Below the pieces are notes generated by a model. The model worked only from the letters and a program-made list of their open reading frames with translations, was not told the DNA's origin and made no database searches. From Geotalea daltonii FRC-32 (lineage in GTDB: Bacteria; Desulfobacterota; Desulfuromonadia; Geobacterales; Geobacteraceae), in contig NC_011979.1 of assembly GCF_000022265.1 (NCBI RefSeq), positions 3,390,001 to 3,422,000 of the forward strand: DNA of 32,000 bases, given 5' to 3'. Position numbers and translations under genes: made by a program. Below, in pieces: positions 1 to 9,658 of the stretch; the first letter of the stretch is position 1, and every line of letters begins with the position of its first letter.

Positions 1-1636
1 GATGATAGGTGCCGGGAGCCCTGACCATCAGTTCGCGCAGGATCGGGGTATTCAGATTTGCCAGCTCCAGCAGTTTGATGTCGGTTGTGTAGTGGAAGAG
101 AGCCTCAATGAGAGGAATAGTGCCGGTAACGCATACAGCATTGAAAATGCCGCCCAATCCGGCAAAGACGACGCAGTAGGCCGTCTGAATGGTGAAGGCG
201 CTGTCGCTGAAAAACTGAAAAGAAATTGCCATGGCCACGTTGACCACGCTTACCTTCAATCCTGCCACATATATGGCGTTTCGCTCCTTGCATTGGCGTA
301 CCCCATGGGCACCGACAATCCCACCTAGAAGGGCGTATATGACCACCTGAAGGCTGCTGTTGAACATAATCCCGAGCAACGGCGCGCAGACAGCACAATA
401 TACGAGTGCCACCTCGGAATTAAGAATAATCCGGACAATAATGGCACTGGCAGCAAAAGGAAAGAAATAGTAGTAAACGGCAGTGTCGATAAAAGGTAAA
501 AGGCTGCCCATGGCCGTTGAAACAATGAAGGCAATCTTCAGGACCACGAAGTTGCCGATGGTCATCAGGGTAAGGAGCAGTATATCCTTGTTGGAGGGGC
601 TGAATTTGCGAATGTTCTTGCGTGCAAAACGATATGGGAAGTAGAAGAGGACCAGTACAAGCCCCAAAACACCTACCCCCATGAAAAACCTCTCTATGCC
701 GCGGGACTCGAAGATGCTGTCCAGCTTTGTAGCCTGTTCCTGGGTGACCCTCTCTCCGACCCGGACAATCATCTCCCCCCTCTTCACCTGAAAGAGCACG
801 GGGCGCGTTGCCGAGCGGGCGTCATGTTTCATTTGCTCGGTCGCCTCACGATCAAAGATAAGATTCGAAGTTATCATCCGGCTCAATAAACCCTTCAGTA
901 GTGCACAATCGCCCGCCGAGGCAGATAGAGCAAGCTTCATGCCGGCAAGAGCCTTGCGAGCTTCACCAACATCCATATAAAAGGAGTAATCACCTGCAGC
1001 AATCTCACGTTTTGTTTCAAGGTCAGTGACGACAAGGCCGTGCCTGCGGTCATCGGCAAAACTTTTTTTGTCCTCAACAATCTTGTTGTGATAAATGGTT
1101 GTGGCAAGACGTTCCAACTCCATCTGCAGTGATTGGTCGGATGTGAGCCTGGACAGCGCAGCTGCCTCCTTGGCAGAGACATCCTGCGTCAACAAACGCC
1201 CTATATTCTGGCGAAAAGCCTCTCCAGCGTCTTCATCTCGTTCTCCGGCATTGCGTATAAGGGCAAAAGCGCTCTCAAAGCGCCGAACTACGTCAAGTGC
1301 AGCAGTGGAATTATAATTGTAGACAAGGGGAGAAACAGCCTCTGCCTCGGAACGCTTCTTTTCGGTAAGAAGGCGATCCTCGATGAAATAGTCCTGAGTA
1401 GCCCTGATATCAGAGGTGGCAACGTCTCCTACCTTGTATTTCACAGCCAGGAATTGATAGCTGGGGATGATAAGAAAGGTGAGAAGGAGGGCTGTGCAGA
1501 AAAGCAATATGAATCGACAGCGCTTTTCCTGTCTCGGATCGGAGATTTTGTCAACTACCGAGCCGAGACATCTTTCGCCAAGAAGGGTGAGCGAACCTTT
1601 GGTTTTTCTATCTTTGTCGCCGCTTTCAGTGGGCAT
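1..1636 (-). CDS. 7TM-HD (HDIG) membrane phosphohydrolase, PgpH/YqfF-like; 3' end truncated by the window edge
   Basis: Hand translation of the minus strand from ATG at 1636-1634 is open to position 1 (545 codons). This ORF is not in the supplied track. It shows an N-terminal TM, an extracellular region and multiple TM helices. It ends in ...LLELANLNTPILRELMVRAPGTYHH, the start of the HD domain typical of this family. Confidence 0.8.
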   Translation of the reverse strand, partial: MPTESGDKDRKTKGSLTLLGERCLGSVVDKISDPRQEKRCRFILLFCTALLLTFLIIPSYQFLAVKYKVGDVATSDIRATQDYFIEDRLLTEKKRSEAEAVSPLVYNYNSTAALDVVRRFESAFALIRNAGERDEDAGEAFRQNIGRLLTQDVSAKEAAALSRLTSDQSLQMELERLATTIYHNKIVEDKKSFADDRRHGLVVTDLETKREIAAGDYSFYMDVGEARKALAGMKLALSASAGDCALLKGLLSRMITSNLIFDREATEQMKHDARSATRPVLFQVKRGEMIVRVGERVTQEQATKLDSIFESRGIERFFMGVGVLGLVLVLFYFPYRFARKNIRKFSPSNKDILLLTLMTIGNFVVLKIAFIVSTAMGSLLPFIDTAVYYYFFPFAASAIIVRIILNSEVALVYCAVCAPLLGIMFNSSLQVVIYALLGGIVGAHGVRQCKERNAIYVAGLKVSVVNVAMAISFQFFSDSAFTIQTAYCVVFAGLGGIFNAVCVTGTIPLIEALFHYTTDIKLLELANLNTPILRELMVRAPGTYH

Positions 1637-1920
1637 TATGTATGTTATTCCCGTTGCTCGGCCACCTGTAACCGCAGTGACCGATCGTCAATGACAGGAG
1701 CGTTCCTGTTAACAGCAGCACAGGAACGTTTCAAGAAAAATTTCGCTAAGGACAAGCACTAAATATAGCCTTATCGCCATGCAGTGTCAACTCAAACCAT
1801 CGCCCTGTCCTTTGGGTAAGTTAATAAAACTACTTCCATTTACAGGAAAGTGTGCTATATAAACAAGATTGACATTACAGGTGCCTTGCCTGTGAAATAT
1901 TTCATTATGGAGGGGTATGA

Positions 1921-3213
<1,293 letters not shown>

Positions 3214-3242
3214 ATATTTCATCGCCACGATTCAGAATTAGA

Positions 3243-3278
3243 GGGGTAGTTGTCTCCATTGGAGGCACTACCCTTTTT
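3243..3278 (+). terminator. rho-independent terminator after eno
   Basis: GGGGTAGT...ACTACCC stem with inner CTCC/GGAG pairing, followed by TTTTTAAATTTTT. Confidence 0.6.
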
Positions 3279-3335
3279 AAATTTTTCAAGCACAAAATAA
3301 AACATAACTAACCGGAATCAATAATATTTTATCTC

Positions 3336-3368
3336 TTGACTATTACCCTGTCGGTAGTATCATATAAT
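3336..3368 (+). promoter_or_regulatory. candidate sigma70 promoter of an orphan sRNA
   Basis: TTGACT (3336-3341), 16-nt spacer, TATCAT (3358-3363), overlapping TATAAT (3363-3368). No ORF follows on this strand. Confidence 0.35.
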
Positions 3369-3370
3369 CA

Positions 3371-3620
3371 AAAGCTGAAGTTGTTCTCTCAAAAAATGGT
3401 GTTACATGGGGCAACGCTGAATAGGCAGTTCATACTACATCCGTCATGAGCGTAAAAAACCTCTGGAAAAAGGGGAGACAGCCCAGCAAAAGGTTATATG
3501 GCCCTGCAAGGAGCATGTAATCTGAAACCGCCTGTCGTCCACCGTCGGATATGTAGAAAGAGCCCGTTATGTAACACCAGAATCAGAAACGCCCGGATCA
3601 AATTCGGGCGTTTTTATTTT
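3371..3620 (+). ncRNA. candidate ~250-nt structured small RNA of unknown family (6S-like size, not confirmed)
   Basis: Promoter-like hexamers upstream and a strong intrinsic terminator at the 3' end. A 10-bp long-range closing stem GGTGTTACAT (3398-3407) / ATGTAACACC (3569-3578) encloses 181 nt. A second stem pairs CTACAT-CCG with CGG-AT-ATGTAG. No credible ORF. Confidence 0.35.
3588..3620 (+). terminator. rho-independent terminator, possibly bidirectional
   Basis: AAACGCCCGG-atcaaatt-CGGGCGTTT followed by TTTTATTTT. It lies 3 nt from the stop of the convergent minus-strand gene at 3623. Confidence 0.7.
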
Positions 3621-3622
3621 GC

Positions 3623-4183
3623 CTAAGATGGCTGTTTCTCTGCCGCTTCCAGCAACACTTTTCCCAAAATAACATCCGCAGCAACGCTCGTCAGCAGCCC
3701 AACCGGTATCGGTACCACCAGGGCAAAGCAAACACCTGTTATGATATTCAGAACACCGAAAAGTTTGAATCGCGTACCCATCAAGCCTGGCAAGCGAAGC
3801 AGCCGATAGCCGAAGACAGCCTGGGTGACGCCATATGGCACGACAAGAATGATGGCGAAAAGTCCGCCGGCCTCCCGGAGTGGCTGACTCAGCAGACCGA
3901 GCATGCTGAGAACGGTCACCGCGATGTTCATCCAGAGCAGCAGCTTGACAAGCATATGGACATCATGGGATTGGTGGCTGCTGCTGAGATAATCCAGCAA
4001 GGTCAGCATGACATAGATGAATAGCAGCGTTGAGATCAATGTCAGTATGGTTTGAACGGCACGTGCACCATGGCTGTCGTCCAGAGCCAGCATGAACGAA
4101 AAAAGAAACAGTGGAACCGTTACGATTGCATTGGCAACGGCAAGCCACCCTGCCCTGGTCAACCGTACAGATGTCAGGGCCAT
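3623..4183 (-). CDS. hypothetical polytopic membrane protein
   Basis: 186-aa ORF with about 5-6 hydrophobic helices. Tightly packed 3 nt downstream of greB in the same orientation. Confidence 0.6.
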   Translation of the reverse strand: MALTSVRLTRAGWLAVANAIVTVPLFLFSFMLALDDSHGARAVQTILTLISTLLFIYVMLTLLDYLSSSHQSHDVHMLVKLLLWMNIAVTVLSMLGLLSQPLREAGGLFAIILVVPYGVTQAVFGYRLLRLPGLMGTRFKLFGVLNIITGVCFALVVPIPVGLLTSVAADVILGKVLLEAAEKQPS

Positions 4184-4186
4184 TAT

Positions 4187-4672
4187 TCACCCACAAAAAG
4201 GCTTGTAGCCCACATCTATAATGGTAAAGGTGGCCACCCCGGCAGGTCTTCTCACCACCACCTCGTCCCCTTCCTGCTTGCCGATAAGTGCTTTGGCCAT
4301 GGGAGAATCGACGCTGATATAGCCCTTTCCCGGATCAAATTCATCCGGCCCTACTATTCGGTAGACGACCTCATTACCCTCTTCATTTTCAAGCCGCACC
4401 CATGCGCCGAAGAAAATCTTTCCCTTCCGCTCCGGTTGGTCTTCCACCACTGTCAGAACATCAAGGCGCTTCATGAGAAAACGCACCCGTCTGTCGATTT
4501 CCCGCAAACGTTTTTTGCCATAAATGTATTCCGCATTTTCCGAACGATCACCTTCAGCTGCAGCATCGGAAACCGCCTGAGTCACCCGTGGGCGTTCCAC
4601 CTTCCATAAATATTCAAATTCTTCCCGAAGGCGCCTAGCACCCTCAGGGGTAATATAATTGGAGTTCGACAT
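4187..4672 (-). CDS. greB: transcription elongation factor GreB
   Basis: Strong resemblance to E. coli GreB (ITPEG..L..E..YLW..ERP.VT......GDRSENAEY.YGKKRLREIDRRVRFL, FFGAWV, ISVDSPMAKAL). Start placed at the ATG preceded by GGAGAGAG; the track start at 4708 is an alternative. Confidence 0.85.
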   Translation of the reverse strand: MSNSNYITPEGARRLREEFEYLWKVERPRVTQAVSDAAAEGDRSENAEYIYGKKRLREIDRRVRFLMKRLDVLTVVEDQPERKGKIFFGAWVRLENEEGNEVVYRIVGPDEFDPGKGYISVDSPMAKALIGKQEGDEVVVRRPAGVATFTIIDVGYKPFCG

Positions 4673-4802
4673 TACTCTCTCCATTGGTTTCAATAGTGAT
4701 TTACTCATATCACATTAAGTTGAATAAAAGCAAAATCATAAAAAATTGATTTCTTATTAAAGTTTTTATCATTTGGTACGATAACTTCTCTGTGGGCTTA
4801 AT

Positions 4803-5060
4803 ATGTTCTTCTACCATGGAGGAAACGTGAAAGTGATGGTATGTTATGACGATGACAGCTATGACATTGTTGAGGACTATTGCCTGGACTATCTTATCCG
4901 GGTGGGCAACATAACAGGTTTCTGCCGGTCCGATAAATGGGTAAGGGTTGGTGCCGATCCGGTCCGGGATGAGAACACTTCGTGTGAAACCTATGTGGGA
5001 AAGGAAAGGAGAAGGCCCCTGCTTGAAAAGAGGATAGAACACGCGGACAAACCCGAATAG
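4803..5060 (+). CDS. small conserved protein of the GSU3473-type family (uncharacterised); start uncertain (GTG/ATG around 4827-4836 is possible)
   Basis: The sequence ...VCYDDDSYDIVEDYCLDYLIRVGNITGFCRSDKWVRVGADPVRD... matches the pattern of small deltaproteobacterial proteins I recall as the GSU3473 family. GGAGGA RBS at 4818-4823. The overlapping minus-strand ORF looks non-coding. Confidence 0.55.
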   Translation: MFFYHGGNVKVMVCYDDDSYDIVEDYCLDYLIRVGNITGFCRSDKWVRVGADPVRDENTSCETYVGKERRRPLLEKRIEHADKPE

Positions 5061-5074
5061 AATCAACCGACTCT

Positions 5075-5935
5075 TCACTCCATAAGGATATAATCTGCGT
5101 CGTCTTTCGCCACATTATCCGGCGATAGTTCAGGAAATTCCGGCAGTATAACTTTATATGAGATATCAGAGGCGCGTTCAAGTTCAGCAGGAATCCCGCT
5201 TTTCAGTGCATGCCCGGCCCCCGTCAGGACCACCATTGTTCGTCCGGAATTCCTCCTCACATAATTCATTATTCCCGATGCCATGAAAGAATTCCATAAT
5301 TTCTGTGCCTCGCAGAAATGGATAAAAGACTTGTCGCTTTTGTTGTGGGATGCGTAAACCTGTCTTATGAAGGCCATGTATTCAGGATCCACATTACAGG
5401 TGACCCCAGGGGGAACCTTTTTCAATTCTTTTGGTGTCAGAGAGGCGAAACCTCGGCGGGCCACCTTTTTCGGAATTTTTGGATCTATGTTAAGACCGAT
5501 GAGGGGTATACGGTGCTCTTTGGTGTAAAGAAAAATCTCGCTGTAAAGGGGCCATGGCATCTGCCAATTTTTATAGTAAAGCCTGATGAAGCTTGATTTG
5601 TCCAGGGTTCCATTGGTCCAGCGGTCAAGATGTCGCTGACTGTCGGCGGTAAACATCTCCATACCGACTGCAATGGGGGTTTCAGCCTGATGATAGGCCT
5701 CGATAACGGCCAACTGCAGCTGATGATGCTCGTGACTGTCGTGTGATTCACCTATGACAACAACATTTGTCCCTTTCATTTCATCGATCATCTGCTGAAA
5801 GGTTATTATTTTACCATCGCTTACACGATAAACCGGCTGATCATTGGTAATATGTCCAAATGCCGGAATAGCCACGAGAACCGCAATACAGAGAGCTGCA
5901 ACAAAACCTGACAACATCGGACAAGGTCTAGGCAT
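5075..5935 (-). CDS. ChaN-like (Tiki/haem-binding uptake, DUF399-type) periplasmic or lipoprotein
   Basis: Signal peptide. VVVIGESHDSHEHHQLQLAVIE...GMEMF blocks typical of the ChaN/Cofac_haem_bdg family. Start moved to the ATG at 5935 behind GGGGGAAG. Confidence 0.7.
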   Translation of the reverse strand: MPRPCPMLSGFVAALCIAVLVAIPAFGHITNDQPVYRVSDGKIITFQQMIDEMKGTNVVVIGESHDSHEHHQLQLAVIEAYHQAETPIAVGMEMFTADSQRHLDRWTNGTLDKSSFIRLYYKNWQMPWPLYSEIFLYTKEHRIPLIGLNIDPKIPKKVARRGFASLTPKELKKVPPGVTCNVDPEYMAFIRQVYASHNKSDKSFIHFCEAQKLWNSFMASGIMNYVRRNSGRTMVVLTGAGHALKSGIPAELERASDISYKVILPEFPELSPDNVAKDDADYILME

Positions 5936-5970
5936 TGCTTCCCCCACCAGTAATTAGGGATCAAGCGGCT

Positions 5971-7272
5971 TCATGCAGACTGAAATCGGATAATTGCTGC
6001 GTAAATTCCACGAGGCGTAGATTCGGCGACCACGACATCTTTCCCCAAAGCATTTTGCAGATCATCAATACTTAAATCATCGAGGAAAATCCCTTCCCCT
6101 TCCTTTAGCATAACATCCGGTATAAGAATTACATCCCCTGACTCCACTTTCTTCAGGCAGTCCAAAATGTCGCCACCGGAAACAAGTCCAGTCACCGTGA
6201 CGGTGTCCCCAAAAAGCCGATTTTTTATCGGCACGATTGTAAACTTTATTCCTGTCTTGTCCGCCAAGCGGTGAAGGAAACCCTCCAGATAAGGATATGG
6301 CGACTCTCCGGTAACAACGGTGACAGATGCCTGCTTCAACCTTTTTGCCCCATGGACAACTTCATCCGCTTCCTCCAGGAAGACCGGCACCATACCGACA
6401 CCGTTTTCAATCTGTGGGAGGTCCCCATACAACTCAAGGGGAGGAAATGCCACACCCCCTTTAATGTAGAACTCATCGGCAAAAAAGAGGAAAGGTTCCC
6501 CCAGACACCTTGCCAACCCGGCCATTTCAGGCTGCCATTGGGAGAGCAATTCAGCTGCATATTCCTTCGTCACCGGCTGTAAGGCCGGCAGCCCTTTGCG
6601 GTGCATGGTCAGGCCGACCGGTACCACAGCCAGGGAAGCAACAGCGGGAAACAGTGACGACAGATCGGCAACGGTCTGAGCCAGAACTTTGCCATCATTG
6701 ACTCCAGGACAGAGCACCACCTGGGTGTGCATGGTAATGCCGGCCCCGGCCAATTCTTTAATTATCTCGAGGATCGGCGGAATTCCCGTTTTGCCCAACA
6801 TCCTTTCACGCACCAGAGGATCTGTTGCATGCACTGAAATATAGAGCGGTGAGAGCCTTTGCGACTTGATCCGCTCCAGGTCGCTGGCATCGATATTGGC
6901 CAGAGTCACATAGTTGCCATAAAGGAAAGAGAGCCGGTAATCCTCATCCTTGACGTAAAGAGGCTTCCGCAGTCCCTTGGGCAATTGATGAACAAAACAG
7001 AAAATACATTTGTTGCCGCACTCGGCAGGAACCGGTGCCTGGAAAATAAGGCCGAGAGGCTCGGATTCGTCCCGTTCCACCTCCATCTCCCAGACCTCTC
7101 CATCCCTTTTCACAACCTCAAGGGTCAGTTCCTCATCTGCGGCAAAAAAATTAAAATCGATGATGTCCCGCAGCCTGTGGCCGTTGATGGCAACCAACCG
7201 ATCACCCGCCTCTATTTCAAGCTCGTCGGCGATGCTTTCCGTCACAACACTGTCGATCAACAAACCTTCCAT
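5971..7272 (-). CDS. PDZ domain / radical-SAM-like / DUF512 protein
   Basis: N-terminal PDZ-like segment (GDRLVAINGH). CGNKCIFCF cysteine cluster, then a conserved DUF512-like C-terminus. The ATG at 7272 overlaps the upstream stop (TGATG), implying translational coupling. The track N-terminal extension was rejected. Confidence 0.8.
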   Translation of the reverse strand: MEGLLIDSVVTESIADELEIEAGDRLVAINGHRLRDIIDFNFFAADEELTLEVVKRDGEVWEMEVERDESEPLGLIFQAPVPAECGNKCIFCFVHQLPKGLRKPLYVKDEDYRLSFLYGNYVTLANIDASDLERIKSQRLSPLYISVHATDPLVRERMLGKTGIPPILEIIKELAGAGITMHTQVVLCPGVNDGKVLAQTVADLSSLFPAVASLAVVPVGLTMHRKGLPALQPVTKEYAAELLSQWQPEMAGLARCLGEPFLFFADEFYIKGGVAFPPLELYGDLPQIENGVGMVPVFLEEADEVVHGAKRLKQASVTVVTGESPYPYLEGFLHRLADKTGIKFTIVPIKNRLFGDTVTVTGLVSGGDILDCLKKVESGDVILIPDVMLKEGEGIFLDDLSIDDLQNALGKDVVVAESTPRGIYAAIIRFQSA

Positions 7273-8348
7273 CACACACCTTTGTAATATGCCGTGCTCC
7301 GGTAATAATCGAGCAGCGAGCGGAAAAAAACGTTGAGCACGGCAGTTACCGGCACCGCCAGCAGCATGCCGAAGATGCCGAACCATTGGCCCCCGATGAG
7401 AAGGGCAAGGATTGTTACAACAGGATGCAGCCCCACCTTGTTACCAACGATTTTGGGGGTAATAATGCCCCCTTCTGCCGCCTGCACCAGCATGAACCAG
7501 CCTAGACAAAGCATTGGATGGAGAAGATCATGGAACTTGAGAAAGGCCATGAGCATGGAAAAGACGATGCCGAAGAGCGTCCCCAGATAGGGAATCATGA
7601 ACAGAAGGCCGGATATGGTGCCGATGAGAATAGCCAGGTCAATGCCGATGAAGTATAGTCCGATGCTGTAAAGCACCGCCAAAATGACGCAAAGCATCAA
7701 TTGACCGCGGACGAAGGATGAAAGCACCTCATCCACCTCTGCCGCCTTCTGACAAAACCATGGCCTGTAACGCTCCGGGACAAGATTCAGCAATGTGGTC
7801 TTCAGTTCCGGCATGTCCAGGAGAAAATAAAAAAGGTAGATGGGAGTAATGAAATAGCCGAGGATGGATAGAACGAAGGCCAAGGTGGAGCTGAAGGCGC
7901 GCGTAACAACGGCGAATGTTTCCTTGAACAGGCTGAAGGAAATGCCACGCAACCGCTCAAGCGCTGTTGTCAGGTGCTGATAGGCCTTTTCCGGCGTCTC
8001 GATATCCAGGTACGCCTTCACGCCGGCCGGTATGTAATTGTACAGCCGGTTAGCGTACTCGGGAAGATTTATCTCTATTGAACCCAACTCCCCTTTTATG
8101 GAGACGATGAAGAACAATATTGCCAGGGTGGCCAGAAGAACAAGCGCAAAAAAGACGAGAACAATGGCAACGGTCCGGTTCATCCCTCGCTCCGCCAGCT
8201 TTGCCACGAGAGGGTTCAAGATGTAGGTGAGGATCAGGGCAATAAAGACCGGCAGGAAAACTGTTCCTGAGAGGAAAATCACCGCTAGCGCCACTAAAGC
8301 AAGAAGCATAGCAACGATCAAAAATTTTTTTTCACTGGTCATCGTCAT
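7272..8348 (-). CDS. AI-2E family transporter (PerM/UPF0118 permease)
   Basis: 358 aa, about 8 TM helices. Conserved C-terminal ...IPYLG....P......GGQ.FG..G..LAVP pattern. Confidence 0.85.
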   Translation of the reverse strand: MTMTSEKKFLIVAMLLALVALAVIFLSGTVFLPVFIALILTYILNPLVAKLAERGMNRTVAIVLVFFALVLLATLAILFFIVSIKGELGSIEINLPEYANRLYNYIPAGVKAYLDIETPEKAYQHLTTALERLRGISFSLFKETFAVVTRAFSSTLAFVLSILGYFITPIYLFYFLLDMPELKTTLLNLVPERYRPWFCQKAAEVDEVLSSFVRGQLMLCVILAVLYSIGLYFIGIDLAILIGTISGLLFMIPYLGTLFGIVFSMLMAFLKFHDLLHPMLCLGWFMLVQAAEGGIITPKIVGNKVGLHPVVTILALLIGGQWFGIFGMLLAVPVTAVLNVFFRSLLDYYRSTAYYKGV

Positions 8349-8415
8349 GATTATCCCGAATAAATAAAGATGATTGGCTGCGCAGCCGGCAAGGATAGCG
8401 CAGCGATCGCTCTTT

Positions 8416-8462
8416 TACAAACAAAAACAGGGAAGACCCAGCCGGGTCAATCCCTGTTTTTT
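8416..8462 (-). terminator. rho-independent terminator after hfq (bidirectional shape)
   Basis: CAGGGAAGACCC-agcc-GGGTCaaTCCCTG hairpin flanked by an A-run and a T-run. On the minus strand it is followed by TTTTTGTTTG. Confidence 0.6.
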
Positions 8463-8485
8463 GATCGTTGAAGCTGTTGCAGTAC

Positions 8486-8710
8486 CTATTGATGCAGTCT
8501 GAAATTACCGTCCACAGAAGTTATGCTGGATATGGCGTGTTTATAGATGAGAAGATCGCCCTGTACTTCCATAAGAACCGAGAAATTATCGAACGACTTG
8601 ATGTAGCCTTCCAGCTTGCTGCCGGCCATGAGCTGGACGGTAACCTTTACCCTCTCTTTTCGTGCCTGGTTAAGGTACTGATCCTGGATGTTGAAAGGTG
8701 CTTTTGGCAT
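8486..8710 (-). CDS. hfq: RNA chaperone Hfq
   Basis: [47 protein letters not shown]... carries the Sm1/Sm2 motifs. AGGAGAGG RBS. Confidence 0.95.
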   Translation of the reverse strand: MPKAPFNIQDQYLNQARKERVKVTVQLMAGSKLEGYIKSFDNFSVLMEVQGDLLIYKHAISSITSVDGNFRLHQ

Positions 8711-9650
8711 GGTCCTCTCCTCTTTCAAAAAATTCAATCACATGGTTACAAATATTAGCAAATGCCGCAGGATATTCAACCCATTTAATCCCATATTCTT
8801 TATTAAACCAAGTCATCTGCCGTTTTGCATAACGTCTCGTATCCCTCTTGATCAGCTGCACCGCCTGATCCAGAGAAATTTCACCGCTAAGAAAAGAACA
8901 TATCTCCTTATAGCCTATGGAGCGCATTGCCTTTAAATCCCTGGCATAGCCCAGTCGGAACAGCTCCTCCACTTCCGCGGCCAGGCCCGACTCTACCATT
9001 TCATCAACCCGCTTTTCCACCCGGCTGTATAATTCCTGCCGCTCCACATTTATCCCCAGCATCAGGCAGTCGTACATCTCTTCTGCAAAACCATGCTCCT
9101 GCCTGAACTGTGACATTGGACGCCCCGTCTGCCGATACACCTCCAATGCCCGGATAATCCGTACCCGGTCGTTGTGGTGAAGTCGTTCGGCAGTAATTGG
9201 GTCAACCTCAGCCAACAGCTGCAAAAGGCCTTCGTTGCCAATTTCTTTCGCCAGTTCATTCAATTCTCCGCGGATTTGTTCGTCTCCGCTAGGCGAATCC
9301 ACCAGCCCTTGGAGCAAAGCACGGATGTAAAGGCCAGTCCCCCCAACGATGAAGACTCTCTTGCCGCGGCTGTGGATATCTGCAATGGCCCCGTCAGCCG
9401 CCCGGCGAAAATCCGATGCGGAAAAGTTCACGTCAGGGGTAACGATGTCGATTAAGTGATGAGTAACTCGGCTGCGCAGACTGACTGACGGTTTAGCCGT
9501 ACCGATATCCATGCCGCGGTATACCTGCATGGAATCGGCGTTAACAATCTCGCCGTCAAAACGCTCGGCCAGGCGCACCGCCAGCTCAGTCTTTCCTGAG
9601 GCAGTGGGCCCGACGATACTCACCAGCTTGATTTTCTCTTCACTCTTCAC
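8670..9650 (-). CDS. miaA: tRNA dimethylallyltransferase MiaA
   Basis: P-loop GPTASGKT, then [18 protein letters not shown]. 326 aa. The 3' end overlaps the hfq start by 41 nt in another frame. Confidence 0.93.
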   Translation of the reverse strand: MKSEEKIKLVSIVGPTASGKTELAVRLAERFDGEIVNADSMQVYRGMDIGTAKPSVSLRSRVTHHLIDIVTPDVNFSASDFRRAADGAIADIHSRGKRVFIVGGTGLYIRALLQGLVDSPSGDEQIRGELNELAKEIGNEGLLQLLAEVDPITAERLHHNDRVRIIRALEVYRQTGRPMSQFRQEHGFAEEMYDCLMLGINVERQELYSRVEKRVDEMVESGLAAEVEELFRLGYARDLKAMRSIGYKEICSFLSGEISLDQAVQLIKRDTRRYAKRQMTWFNKEYGIKWVEYPAAFANICNHVIEFFERGEDHAKSTFQHPGSVP

Positions 9651-9658
9651 TCTTTGTT

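Noticed and set aside
1694-1728. Mutually exclusive hairpins (ACAGGA/TCCTGT and CGTTCCTGT/ACAGGAACG) in the divergent region between the 7TM-HD gene and eno, as a possible attenuator
   Set aside because: There is no leader ORF and no clear T-tract, and the position relative to either promoter is unknown. The evidence is insufficient to call a regulatory element.
2-1762. Track ORFs 2..328(+), 105..398(-), 325..534(-), 937..1182(-), 1095..1316(+), 1133..1762(+) and 1467..1694(+)
   Set aside because: All overlap, in other frames or antisense, the long uninterrupted minus-strand 7TM-HD reading frame (1-1636). That frame has a recognisable domain signature. These ORFs have low-complexity or odd composition.
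3398-3578. Calling the sRNA candidate 6S RNA (ssrS)
   Set aside because: The size and closing stem fit. The interior, however, folds by eye into an asymmetric loop (22 nt against 5 nt) rather than a rod with a central bubble. It needs a covariance-model search.
4710-5078. 122-aa minus-strand ORF overlapping the small plus-strand gene
   Set aside because: The protein looks non-biological. The opposite-strand ORF has an RBS and resembles a conserved small-protein family.
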